From Sulfolobales archaeon (GTDB lineage: Archaea > Thermoproteota > Thermoprotei_A > Sulfolobales > AG1): a stretch of DNA of 64,000 nt. The notes below the pieces were generated by a model that did no database searches, was not told the DNA's origin, and saw only the letters and a program-made list of their open reading frames with translations. Positions 30,984-41,031 of this stretch are shown here, piece after piece (positions within the stretch are counted from its first letter, which is position 1; every line of letters begins with the position of its first letter). A program made the position numbers and the translations under genes. The stretch lies in assembly GCA_038867615.1 (NCBI GenBank), contig JAWBYA010000002.1, forward strand, positions 64,001 through 128,000, given 5' to 3'.

Positions 30984-32185
30984 GACCTCTCGATCTCCTC
31001 ATAATCCTTAATAGCCCTATCCATATATACTTCCTCAGGCTCGTGAGCATACCTAACCCTCTCATAGATCTTTGTTAGGTCTTCGAAAGAACCGGTGTTG
31101 GTGAGTCTCCCCCTAACCTTCTCAAGATATTCTCTATGTGTCTCGCTAGGTCTCTTTGGAACTTTTCTCGATAGGAGACTTACAGCCTTCCAATAGACAC
31201 CTATAACACCTCCTCTCCACACAATTTCTCTAGGGCTCGGCTTTTTCTTTAGCCCGGTGCTTCTCATAATCCTTGGTATAATACTCTGTATCCCTAGAAC
31301 AGCAACAATGGTTACTACTGATATACCTATAACTATAAGCACTAGTGAGAGGAAATCAAGCCCTGGTATAGACGATGGAACCGATATGTAAATGCTAGAC
31401 GGCATAACCCCCAGAGAGGTTTTTCTATTGCTCTCCCAACTCTCTTGCTGAGTAGGCCCTGAGGTCTCGGATGAAGCTAGTATCCCGGTAAGGCTCTTCA
31501 CAAGCCCTTCAGCTGTGTTGGAGAGGATCAGCTGTCTTATTGCTTCAAGCTGCATCCTATCGATCACCAGGGCCTGATCCCATAGTCCCTGTCTTAGCGA
31601 TGATCTCTTAAGCAGTTCCAGTGCTGCTACATATTCGTTTAGAGATATTCTTCCACCCCTGAAGAGACTATCAAGGATCCCTAGGGCGCTCTGATAATCA
31701 CTAACTCCCGATGATAATATACTGCTTATCAACTGACCCACCTCGGGATCGCTTATCAGCCTTCTAAGCGCCTCATCACCTAGGTATATCTGATCCACGC
31801 TATCCAGTATCTCATCAGCGATGATAGGGTCGAGGTAGCCTGATCTCTCAAGCTCTTTCACGCTTTGCTCAATACTAGCTCTAGCAGACCTGTTCTGGGC
31901 TAGACATGATAGAGTATCGCAACCCATGGTTACGTTCCTCAGAGCCTCGAGGATCTTTGAGAGGGATATGTTCAGATCCTCATACCTACCATACCCATTA
32001 ACACCGAGGCTTAGAACCTGGGAGAAGTTTATGGTATGCATACCTAGATAAACACTAAGATCATTGAGATCTTGGGGAGAGCCTATCGTTGTATTATACC
32101 CAGAGCTCTGGGCCTCACCGTTTATCGAGAGCGATATGAGCAACACGAGCAAAGCTACGAGCAGGGTCTCGCCATAACTCCTCAA
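30980..32185 (-). CDS. DUF4129-domain membrane protein
   Basis: Signal peptide, TM helix, C-terminal PSETHREY...F..LT.IYERVRYA. Confidence 0.8.
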   Translation of the reverse strand: MRSYGETLLVALLVLLISLSINGEAQSSGYNTTIGSPQDLNDLSVYLGMHTINFSQVLSLGVNGYGRYEDLNISLSKILEALRNVTMGCDTLSCLAQNRSARASIEQSVKELERSGYLDPIIADEILDSVDQIYLGDEALRRLISDPEVGQLISSILSSGVSDYQSALGILDSLFRGGRISLNEYVAALELLKRSSLRQGLWDQALVIDRMQLEAIRQLILSNTAEGLVKSLTGILASSETSGPTQQESWESNRKTSLGVMPSSIYISVPSSIPGLDFLSLVLIVIGISVVTIVAVLGIQSIIPRIMRSTGLKKKPSPREIVWRGGVIGVYWKAVSLLSRKVPKRPSETHREYLEKVRGRLTNTGSFEDLTKIYERVRYAHEPEEVYMDRAIKDYEEIERS

Positions 32186-33114
32186 GGCCTGGGCACCTCA
32201 ACCCTACCCAGGATCTCCTTCACTATTGCTACAGGATCTCCGCCCTCGATCTCGTACTCAGGCTTAAGTATAAGCCTATGTCTCAGAGCTGGTATAGCTA
32301 TGGCTTTCACATCGTCAGGAATAACGTATTTTCTACCATCTAGATAGGCCCACGCCTTTGATAGCCTTATAATAGCTATCCCAGCCCTCGGTGATGCTCC
32401 AAGCCTTAGAAGCTTATGCATCCTGGTCTCCTCAATGATCCTTGCTATATATTGATATATAGAATCGTCAACAACAACCTCAGATGCCTCTTTAGAGGCC
32501 CTTAGAATCTCTTCTTTAGATAGGACTGGCTTAAGCTCTCTCGAAGCCTCCTCTATGAAATCGGCTCTCTTCATAATATCTATAAAACCCTTAGTAGAGG
32601 GGTAGGAGCTCTCTATCTTTACTAGAAATCTATCTAGCTGGGATTCGGGGAGCGGGAAGATCCCTTCGGTCTCGATCGGGTTCTGCGTCGCTATAACCAT
32701 GAAGGGTTCCTCAAGCACATACGTATTCCCCTCGATCGTCACCTGCCTCTCCTGCATAGCTTCGAGAAGGGCGCTCTGCGTCCTGGGAGAAGCCCTGTTA
32801 AGCTCATCCACGAATAAGATATTAGTAAATATGGGTCCCTTCTTAAGCGTAAAAGCCCCTGTTCTCTGATCATATACATAACCACCTATAATATCGCTTG
32901 GAAGAAGATCCGGTGTCATCTGCACCCTCTTAAAATCAAGGCCCGTGAGTCTGGATATAACCTTTGCTGTTAGGGTCTTGGCAACGCCGGGGACTCCTTC
33001 TATGAGTACATGTCCTCTTGCTAGGAGTGATGCTACTATAAGCTTGATCTCCTGTTCTTTCTCTACCAGAATGTTGGATGACGCGTCAAGGATCCTCCTT
33101 AGTATTGGGGACAA
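32182..33114 (-). CDS. moxR: MoxR family AAA+ ATPase
   Basis: GHVLIEGVPGVAKT, RVQMTPDLLPSD, DELNRASPRTQSALLEAMQE, ATQNP, QLDRF, GASPR. Confidence 0.95.
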   Translation of the reverse strand: MSPILRRILDASSNILVEKEQEIKLIVASLLARGHVLIEGVPGVAKTLTAKVISRLTGLDFKRVQMTPDLLPSDIIGGYVYDQRTGAFTLKKGPIFTNILFVDELNRASPRTQSALLEAMQERQVTIEGNTYVLEEPFMVIATQNPIETEGIFPLPESQLDRFLVKIESSYPSTKGFIDIMKRADFIEEASRELKPVLSKEEILRASKEASEVVVDDSIYQYIARIIEETRMHKLLRLGASPRAGIAIIRLSKAWAYLDGRKYVIPDDVKAIAIPALRHRLILKPEYEIEGGDPVAIVKEILGRVEVPRP

Positions 33115-33212
33115 GCTTATCAGCTCTCTATATATTACTCTACTCCATATATAATTTCTAACACATCTTTAAGAAATATCCATATGTTGATAATGGGTCA
33201 GGCTATATATAC

Positions 33213-34556
33213 TCATCCCATGGCCCATATCGGTACTGAGACTAGATATGTTATGATGAGATTTATCGTAGCATATGTTATGGTTATCCTGTATATCGCC
33301 TTAGGTTTTATCCTCGACCCCGTCTCCCTCTCAATAATTCTAAAAGCAACATAGAGAGCAGGGGCCCCGGCCGCTGTATAGTTGCTTCCAAGGGTCCCAG
33401 CCCATAGGAGAGACCAGGCAAAAGGCCATGGGTTCTCTACACCGGTTTCTTTAATGCTTCTAAGCATTATCAATATATATGCATCGTGCTCTACAAAAGC
33501 TACTATTGGTGCAGAGATCCAGTATATAGCTGTATAGCCTAAGAGCAAGTTATCCATTAATCCTGAGAGCCATAGGGATATTGGTTCTAGCCCGTGATGT
33601 TTTTCTAGCGATCCCACTAATATGAATAGTGAGATGTAGAAGAGTATAGATCCCCAGTCAATACCCTTCTCAACAACTTCTCTAAATCCCTTGCCATATA
33701 GTTTTTCGCACAATATAGAACCTATAATGCCTACAATTAGGGGGAATACTCCCAGCGGTATATCCCTCCCGAGAGCCATGCTGATCTCCTTCCTAAGACT
33801 CATGAGAACTATGGCTGTGAAGAACAATGCTAGGGAGAATACAAGGTATCCTTTATTATCATCACCATTATCATCACTGCCTCTAGCCTCCACCCTCTTC
33901 TCGATCCTCCTCGCAGGTACGAGGATCTTTACCGAGATATAGAGAGCCGCCAGTATAGATACCATCAATATAGGAAAGCTCGATGGTTTCCCCATCATGT
34001 ATATGAAATCAATAAACTCAGCCTTAAAAACGCTGTGGAGAAGCTGTGGAGGGAGATCCCCTAGAAGCAAGGCTGTCCCCGTCGCATTTGCAGTTAACGT
34101 TACTAGCAGAGCCGTTGCCAGAGGATCTATACCATAAGCTCTGGCGATCCTTACGGCTATCGGTACCAGGAGAAGCACTACGAGAACATTATCAACCACG
34201 GTACTTATAATCCCAGCCACTAGTGAGAGCAGAAGAGCAGCATCTCTAGAGGTTTTTATATACCTCGATATACCGTTAACGATCCGCTGGGGTAGCCCCG
34301 CCTCAACCATGTGGTGGGATATCATCCACATACCAAGGAGGATCGCTATAATGTTCCAGTCAACCATAGATCCAAACGCCTCGCTAAGCCCAGCCAAACC
34401 TACTATTAAGAGGAGAGAGACCCCTAGAAGACCGGCAAGAGGCTCATCAACCCTTCTAGACACTATAAGCGCTATCGACACAATAAAAATGATCCAGGCG
34501 AGCCAGAACTCGAGCCCCCCTTCCAAGGAGCATCCTGTGATGATATAAGAAGACAA
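33213..34556 (-). CDS. ArsB/NhaD/SLC13-type permease
   Basis: VDWN.I..L.GM, DNV..VL...P, AN..G.A.L.GD.P, LG.N.T..GA.A; about 12 TM. Confidence 0.85.
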   Translation of the reverse strand: MSSYIITGCSLEGGLEFWLAWIIFIVSIALIVSRRVDEPLAGLLGVSLLLIVGLAGLSEAFGSMVDWNIIAILLGMWMISHHMVEAGLPQRIVNGISRYIKTSRDAALLLSLVAGIISTVVDNVLVVLLLVPIAVRIARAYGIDPLATALLVTLTANATGTALLLGDLPPQLLHSVFKAEFIDFIYMMGKPSSFPILMVSILAALYISVKILVPARRIEKRVEARGSDDNGDDNKGYLVFSLALFFTAIVLMSLRKEISMALGRDIPLGVFPLIVGIIGSILCEKLYGKGFREVVEKGIDWGSILFYISLFILVGSLEKHHGLEPISLWLSGLMDNLLLGYTAIYWISAPIVAFVEHDAYILIMLRSIKETGVENPWPFAWSLLWAGTLGSNYTAAGAPALYVAFRIIERETGSRIKPKAIYRITITYATINLIITYLVSVPIWAMG

Positions 34557-34619
34557 TGTTATAAGTGTTACTACAACTTAATAACAAGTAACACACTATC
34601 TATACAAACAATCTCGAAA

Positions 34620-34820
34620 CCCATCCTAGATTCCAGCGTTATCGGGGTTCGGGCTTCGTAGCGGTTTTCTCTATCAACAGCTCTCCCAATGGCCTCAATG
34701 GCTTCATAGGCCTCCACCCGTCCAGAGAAACCCCAACCCACAGCCCCCTATCATGACTCTGCCCAATACTATGGAGAAACCCCCACATCCCGGCTCAACC
34801 GTAAAATAATAGAACTTATA
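34620..34820 (-). mobile_element. Decayed tnpB-tail-like intergenic element (putative)
   Basis: Contains AACCGCTACGAAGCCCGAACCCC (34666-34644), 20/23 identical to 38355-38377. Confidence 0.4.
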
Positions 34821-35019
34821 CTATGTTCCCACAGCACTATAGGTTTAACATCAACCCTCTATAAACCATCACCAAATCAAAAACAGCTGGTTACAGCTCC
34901 TATATATGTCTAAGCGATCATCCTACTTTCGGGATATACATGGGCTTGATAAAGTATCTATACTAACTGCTATGAGGTTCAAGCCTCTTCGTATCCGGCT
35001 TAAATTTAAGCTGGATGTT

Positions 35020-36720
35020 TTATGAGGGGCTGAGGTTCTTTCTTAACCACTCTATAAGATCCTCGATCCTTACTCTGATCTGTTCTTTAGTGTCTCTGAA
35101 CCTGATCGTAACTGTGTTATCTTCGAGCGTCTGCTTATCAACTGTTATTCCGTAGGGGATGCCTATCTCATCTGCTCTTGCGTATCTTCTACCAATGCTG
35201 CCGCTCTCATCGTATATAACGTAGAAGCCTGCTTCAACAAGACCCCTGTAGATCTTCCTGGCGATCCTCACGAGATCCTCTTCCTCTACTAGGGGGTAGA
35301 TGCCTGCAGTTATAGGTGCTAGTCTGGGGGGTATTTTGAGCACTACTCTCTCGCCCTCTTCGCTATAAGCCCTATCAAGGACAACGTAGAGTAGTCTTTC
35401 TGCACCGAAGGAGGGTTCTATGACGTGGGGGAAGAACTTCTCTCCGTGGACTAGCTCCTCAACCTCCTCTACTCTGAAAACATCCCTGCTGATCCTTAGA
35501 CCCTTTATCTCCACCTCATCTCCAGAGAGATCCAGGGTGTCTGGGTTTATGCTTGAGAGGGCCTTGAAGATCTCTGGAGCCTTCTCGCCATAGATCCTGA
35601 GCACTGCCTGCTTATCAATCCTAACCCTCCTTCTCTTCACACTAACAGGGCTCTGATATCTCCTATATACCGTGAGATCTGATCCGCTGTATATGGAGTG
35701 CCTGCTAAGATCATAGTCCGTCCTATTAGCATGCCCCGAAACCTCTATCCAGCCCCACCTCGATACCTTGACAAGCTGGTCGAAGACCTGGGATGCATAG
35801 TGAGCCCTCTCGTGGGGGAGCTTCTCTTCAAAATAGGTATCCGAGGGATCCACGCCTAATCTCTCGATAAACTCCGAAGCAACGGCCATCCAATAAACAT
35901 GCCACTCACCACTAACAATTTTTTCCCTCACAAGCTCCTCTACGCTATACTCTGAGGGCTTGTCAACTTCCGAGAGCCTGTCTCTGGCTGTGAGTATCTT
36001 CAGCTTTCTATTCCTAACCCTATCTAGGAGGGGGCATGATGGGTTTTGGGGATCATAGAAGAACTCGATCTCCATTATAGTGAACTCCCTAAGCCTCACC
36101 ATACCCTGTCTAGGCGAGATCTCGTTCCTAGCAACCCTCCCAATCTGGGCTATCCCTAGTGGGAGCTTCTCCCTAGAAGCCTCGAAAACCCTCTTAAACG
36201 CTGTAAACATGCCCTGAGCAGCTTCAGGCCTTATATAGCCCACTGCATCGGCATAGGGTCCTATGGTGGTTTTGAAGAGGAGGTTGAAAAGCCTAACCTC
36301 TCCCAAGGGGCCTCCGCACTGTGGGCATCTTATATTCTTCTCAGCAATCACCCTCGATAGATCCTCCGGTTTCATGCCTTCTGTCTTCACACCGCTCGCG
36401 GCCTCAATGAGATGATCAGCCCTATATTTTCTCCCGCACTTTGTGCACTCAACTATAGGGTCTGTAAAGCTCTCCACATGTCCAGAGGCTTCAAAAACCC
36501 TTGATGGAGCGATCATCGGTGTCTCTATCTCCACAACATACTCCTGGTGTCTTTGAACAAACACCCTTCTCCATTCCTCAACAATATTTCTCTTAAGGAG
36601 GGCCCCCAGAGGGCCTAGATCGTATAGTCCCGAGACACCACCATAGATCTCGTAGGAGGGCCAGAAGAAGCCTCTCCTCACAGCTAGATCCATGATCCTC
36701 TCGTACTTGTCCTCCCCCAT
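35020..36720 (-). CDS. glyS: Glycine--tRNA ligase (archaeal/eukaryotic alpha2 type)
   Basis: RRGFFWPSYEIYGG, ASGH..F.DP, RPEAAQG, RNEISPRQG..RLREF, IEPSFG, SIGRRYARADEIG; start set at ATG 36720. Confidence 0.97.
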   Translation of the reverse strand: MGEDKYERIMDLAVRRGFFWPSYEIYGGVSGLYDLGPLGALLKRNIVEEWRRVFVQRHQEYVVEIETPMIAPSRVFEASGHVESFTDPIVECTKCGRKYRADHLIEAASGVKTEGMKPEDLSRVIAEKNIRCPQCGGPLGEVRLFNLLFKTTIGPYADAVGYIRPEAAQGMFTAFKRVFEASREKLPLGIAQIGRVARNEISPRQGMVRLREFTIMEIEFFYDPQNPSCPLLDRVRNRKLKILTARDRLSEVDKPSEYSVEELVREKIVSGEWHVYWMAVASEFIERLGVDPSDTYFEEKLPHERAHYASQVFDQLVKVSRWGWIEVSGHANRTDYDLSRHSIYSGSDLTVYRRYQSPVSVKRRRVRIDKQAVLRIYGEKAPEIFKALSSINPDTLDLSGDEVEIKGLRISRDVFRVEEVEELVHGEKFFPHVIEPSFGAERLLYVVLDRAYSEEGERVVLKIPPRLAPITAGIYPLVEEEDLVRIARKIYRGLVEAGFYVIYDESGSIGRRYARADEIGIPYGITVDKQTLEDNTVTIRFRDTKEQIRVRIEDLIEWLRKNLSPS

Positions 36721-36945
36721 ACTCTCCAGCCTTTCACACACTATCTAGCGGAAGAGGTTAATATTAGATATAGGAATATGGATCAGCATTGCAAGAGACC
36801 GGTTGATCTCAATGCTTGGAAGCAAAAACAGATCCTATTTCGTTCTATATGTGTGGCCTATCCACTAACTAGGATCTCGATGTTCTATTAAATCTGCGAG
36901 AATATATAAGTAATCCTGGACCAGATCCTGTACTAGGAGTGATTC

Positions 36946-37590
36946 TTATACCTGGTTTAAACCAGATGTTTCCGGTTTCTTGAAAGATCCTGGTAGTGAG
37001 AAGAAGGCTACCGTCTGTAATACGATAGCTATAAGGATTACCACAAGACCCACCAGTATTATTGTCAGAACCGAGCCCACGAGGTATAGAAGCCCTGCAG
37101 TTGAGAAGAGCCCAACACCTGTTTGGAGCGATACTGATTTGTAGGATTTATATAGAAAGTAAGAGGATGCTATTAAGAAAACCCAGAACGCTATCAAAGC
37201 TATCGCAATTGATGCTAGCAGACCGAGAAAACCTGGGGGGATTGTTGTCTGTGTCTGTAGAATACCCGGTATTGAAGTCCCTGTTATGGCTATAGGTTCC
37301 TGAGATCTCATGGCAGTTGAAAAGAGACCAAATAAAGCTGATAATATCACAAGGGGTGCGATTACAATAGCTGCTACGCCTAGAATAATCGCTATTAGGG
37401 CGTTTCTAAATATAGACTCATCTTTAGCCACGTCAGAGAGCTTTCTAAGGGCTATGAGTAGAAATACGAGGCCAACTATCCCTAGGATCCATCCCACTGT
37501 GGGTACCATAACGAGCAACATGAGGATCGAGCCCACACCACCAAAAGCCCTGATCGAGCCTATTTCAGCCTCATGGTTAGTAAAGCTCAA
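36946..37590 (-). CDS. DUF996 family membrane protein
   Basis: GGVGSIL...ILGIVG.V..LIA...LS....D..IF.N.L, F..AG.LY..G..L.IILVG......AFFSLP. Confidence 0.8.
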   Translation of the reverse strand: MSFTNHEAEIGSIRAFGGVGSILMLLVMVPTVGWILGIVGLVFLLIALRKLSDVAKDESIFRNALIAIILGVAAIVIAPLVILSALFGLFSTAMRSQEPIAITGTSIPGILQTQTTIPPGFLGLLASIAIALIAFWVFLIASSYFLYKSYKSVSLQTGVGLFSTAGLLYLVGSVLTIILVGLVVILIAIVLQTVAFFSLPGSFKKPETSGLNQV

Positions 37591-37655
37591 CCGTAATCCC
37601 GCACAATATTTATTAAAAAAAAAATATAAGTAGCAAGATCTATTTAAGATCCTAT

Positions 37656-37997
37656 CTAATCAACCGCTCCGCCGCAGCAACAATAGCCGAGCTCATTGAT
37701 CTCGCATCCGCAAGTTAAACATATCTCAGGGCCGTAGAGAACATACCATGGTAGTCTATGGAATAATCTGTAGTGGATTTCGTTATCCTTGATGAAGTAT
37801 CTATATTCTGGAGAGGATATTATCCTTAGGATCTCCCTGACGTGATGAATCACCTCAGGATCCCCCTCACTAGCAGCTATTTCCTCGAGATCTGTTTCTG
37901 TAAGGCTTAGTAACCCGCCCTTGATTACAGCCAGCTTTCTCACTAACATAACGGCTTTAGAAACCTTGGGGCATCTAATGTGATAATTAAGCCCCAT
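37656..37997 (-). CDS. Hypothetical protein with C-terminal Cys-rich (Zn-ribbon-like) tail
   Basis: 113-aa ORF ending CLTCGCEINELGYCCCGG; upstream TATA-like AT region, downstream T-run. Confidence 0.55.
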   Translation of the reverse strand: MGLNYHIRCPKVSKAVMLVRKLAVIKGGLLSLTETDLEEIAASEGDPEVIHHVREILRIISSPEYRYFIKDNEIHYRLFHRLPWYVLYGPEICLTCGCEINELGYCCCGGAVD

Positions 37998-38187
37998 TAT
38001 ATAGTGAGTGAACTCATTAATATATCTCAGCCTCCAAATATTATATCTGTATCAAGCTTAATATTAATATATTAATAATTTTCACTATAACTAGTAATAG
38101 AAATTTATTTTAGTTTTTATGAAAATTTATGATAATATATTGTTATTCATAGATTCTTATTATTCTATATATATGCCTATACTAAAA

Positions 38188-38390
38188 TATAAAGTGTTGT
38201 AATGCCTGTATACGATGTGGGTGGGGTAAAGAGAGAGCTGAAATAAGGGTTTCCTGCAACAATGAGGAGAAGATACAAAATGAGTCACCCCTAACGTGGA
38301 ACCGGGTATATGGGTCTAATAAAAGAGGCTCTAAGGCCTAGAAGTATAAAAATCAACCGCAATGAAACCCGAACCCCTAAATGCAGATAA
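38188..38390 (+). mobile_element. Decayed tnpB-tail-like intergenic element (putative)
   Basis: AACCGCAATGAAACCCGAACCCC (38355-38377) shared with the 34.6-kb element; begins GATGTGGG after TATAAA. Confidence 0.4.
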
Positions 38391-38484
38391 CACAATAATT
38401 ATACGAAACAGCCGGCGAAGCATAGAGATAGCTATTGGCTTAGGAGACTCTGTAGAGCAATGGAGGTTTTCACGTAATAAGAAA

Positions 38485-39648
38485 TTATCTTGGCACTATT
38501 CTAACGATCCTATCGTCTCCTGGTGAGGGAAGACCTCTTCCGTCCCTATTGCTGGTCGAGATAAGTATAGATCCGTCATCGTCTATCACAACATCTCTCA
38601 ACCTGCCAAAAGCGCCTATTAAGAGCTCTTCGGCAACATATGCTCTCTTCGTATCGAGGAACCTGATCCTGAGGAGCCTTTCGCCTCTTAGGCATGCGGC
38701 AAGAAGATCGCCTTGAAACTGTTTAAAAAGATCCCCTTTTATGAAGGAGATACCAGAAGGAGCCCAGGTGGTTGTTCCACTCTCAATAACTGGGTCTATA
38801 AACCTGTTATCCTTACCAACCCCGGCATAGTGGGGCCACCCATAGTTCCCTCCAGGTATTATCACGTTTATTTCATCATGTGCTACAGGCCCATGCTCTG
38901 AGGCCACCATGAACCCATGTGATGGGTGCCAGTCAATACCCTGTGGGTTCCTATGACCATAGCTATATACTGGTGATGGGTAGAATGGATTGTCTTTTGG
39001 TATGCTTCCATCATCCTCGATCCTCAAGATCTTTCCTGCAAGGCTATCAAGCCTCTGGGCTAGAGATCCTATCGAGGCATCACCGGTGGTTATATATAGC
39101 TTTTGATCCGGACCAAATCTGATCCTGCCACCATTGTGTATATAGCCACCCGGTATCCTATTAAGCATGGTCTGCATAGATAGAGCCTTCCACGTGCTAG
39201 TATCAATCCTGATCTTCACAACCCTGTTGTATATATCCCCAGAATCCTGGTAACTCATATAAGCATACACATAGGGTCTCGAAGGAAACTCGGGATGAAT
39301 AGCGAGCCCTAGCAAACCAGCTTCGCCTACAGATGCCACATCCGTCGACACTATTTCCCTTACAGTATTCCCCATTATTACAGAGATCCTTCCGATCCTC
39401 TCACTCACAATATACATACCGCCTCCTACAGGCACTATAGACCAGGGTACTCGAAGACCCGATACTAGTACCCTGGTCTCGGCCAGATCTGTAAGGGTAG
39501 TTTCAGAACCTCCCGCAGGAGAAATACTTGTAATATTTAGTGACGGCTGCCAGGATTGCTGTGTTGATAGTCTATAGATTGTGAGCGAGCCTCCTAGGAT
39601 CACGAGGCCTCCGAAAGCTATTTTTATAAAATCTCTTCTACGCATCAC
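38485..39648 (-). CDS. PQQ-dependent aldose sugar dehydrogenase, Tat-exported
   Basis: RRRDFIK twin-Arg; GEAGLLGLA.HP.F, HNGGRIRFGPD..LYITTGD, GHRNPQG, GGNYGWP, GRLRDV, TSNRDGRG. Confidence 0.93.
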   Translation of the reverse strand: MMRRRDFIKIAFGGLVILGGSLTIYRLSTQQSWQPSLNITSISPAGGSETTLTDLAETRVLVSGLRVPWSIVPVGGGMYIVSERIGRISVIMGNTVREIVSTDVASVGEAGLLGLAIHPEFPSRPYVYAYMSYQDSGDIYNRVVKIRIDTSTWKALSMQTMLNRIPGGYIHNGGRIRFGPDQKLYITTGDASIGSLAQRLDSLAGKILRIEDDGSIPKDNPFYPSPVYSYGHRNPQGIDWHPSHGFMVASEHGPVAHDEINVIIPGGNYGWPHYAGVGKDNRFIDPVIESGTTTWAPSGISFIKGDLFKQFQGDLLAACLRGERLLRIRFLDTKRAYVAEELLIGAFGRLRDVVIDDDGSILISTSNRDGRGLPSPGDDRIVRIVPR

Positions 39649-40063
39649 AATAATACACTACTTCAGAGTATAAATAAACCATTGTCAACATCCTAGGCGG
39701 AAAGCTTGATGACGATGAACCGTGTCATGAACCGATGGCTAAGCCTTAGTGTTCCATAATAACCCAGTATAGCACGATCCCGTGTTACGATGGGGCTGTA
39801 GATCATCATATGGATGGTGAATAAGTATTAAAAGCTGTTTCCTTACCTACGCCCATTAAGATCTGTAAAAGATCTCTCAGTAGGTGGGAACGCAATACAA
39901 TTAGGCTAACGGTAAATTATAAAACGGATATAGATCCTGCCAAACTGGGTGGAAGTCCCTAAATAAGAATCAAAGAATACCGATAAACACTCAGAGAGAA
40001 ATGTGAATCCATATCTAGAGCTTTAATATATCATGTCATCTAGGCTTAACATTTACAATGCAT

Positions 40064-40699
40064 CTAGGGACTCTTATTAACTACTTTTTGGGGCGATAGT
40101 AGTAATATGTGTCTGCAGAATAGATCTCCTCTAGCTATGCATTCAGCAAGCTCGACCCTATAGCTATTGGCAAGCATGGATATTGCTTTCGTATGGAATT
40201 TTGTGCAGAATATATCAAAATGTCTTTTAGCTGCCTTGAGGACTGGGCAGTTTCTGCTTACAACCTCAATCCTATCTCCATCTATCTTTATGCTACTCAT
40301 AAAGCCAAGGCTATTGAGTTTCTCCACAGATTCCCTGAGATCTCCTGATCTGTTTTTCGAGGCTATCTCGATAGCCATATTCTCCACGATATCCTCGATT
40401 CTGTTCCTAAGCCCTAATGCTGAAAGCCTGTCCATGATCTCCGCCAACAGCTCGCCATAGATCTTTGGAAGAGCCTCTATACCTTTCTCAGTCACCATAT
40501 AAACCTTTCTAGGCCTTCCCACACCCTTTCTAACAAAAACATGTCTTACAAAGCCATAGAGCTCCAGCTTCTCTAAATGCTTCCTAGCAGCACTCACCCT
40601 TATACCAAGCTCTTTAGCAACCTGTGCTGCTGTAGCACCCTCGCCTGCAACAATCTCAAGAACCCTTAGCATTGCACCAGTGATCCTCTTTTTCTCCAT
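40064..40699 (-). CDS. HTH transcriptional regulator, SufR-like, with Cys-containing C-terminal domain
   Basis: N-terminal wHTH, GVGRPRKVY wing, NCPV...C...CIARGD..C. Confidence 0.8.
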   Translation of the reverse strand: MEKKRITGAMLRVLEIVAGEGATAAQVAKELGIRVSAARKHLEKLELYGFVRHVFVRKGVGRPRKVYMVTEKGIEALPKIYGELLAEIMDRLSALGLRNRIEDIVENMAIEIASKNRSGDLRESVEKLNSLGFMSSIKIDGDRIEVVSRNCPVLKAAKRHFDIFCTKFHTKAISMLANSYRVELAECIARGDLFCRHILLLSPQKVVNKSP

Positions 40700-41031
40700 G
40701 CTTCACCAATATCGATATGGTTAGGAATTTTATATTATCATAGCTAGACCGTAGATCTGTAATTGCTGCGAGAAAAGGTTCAGGCTCGTATAATTAGCCA
40801 TTTACTGGCTAGTCCCAGCCTATTCTGGTACCTCGCACTAGTTCGTCCCTTTTCAGTTCTATAGTAGTCAGGTCTTATAAGATCTTATTTGCTGAATCCG
40901 TGTAACTACATAAGGTTTAGGCTTGCTTCGCGAACATCAATTGATCTCTGTAACACGCCTCTAAGACCAATGATCACATAGACCCCTATAAAACCAACTA
41001 CTAAGTTAAAAAGCAGTAACGTGAAAGCTAG

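Noticed and set aside
34972-34990. T-arm-like GAGGTTCAAGCCTC
   Set aside because: No acceptor, D or anticodon arms, so not a tRNA
37615-37624. A10 homopolymer as a phase-variable promoter
   Set aside because: Explained more simply as the T-run terminator of the upstream minus-strand gene
39700-39760. Possible C/D box sRNA (TTGATGA...ATGA...GATGG)
   Set aside because: No terminal CTGA box D and no identifiable guide target
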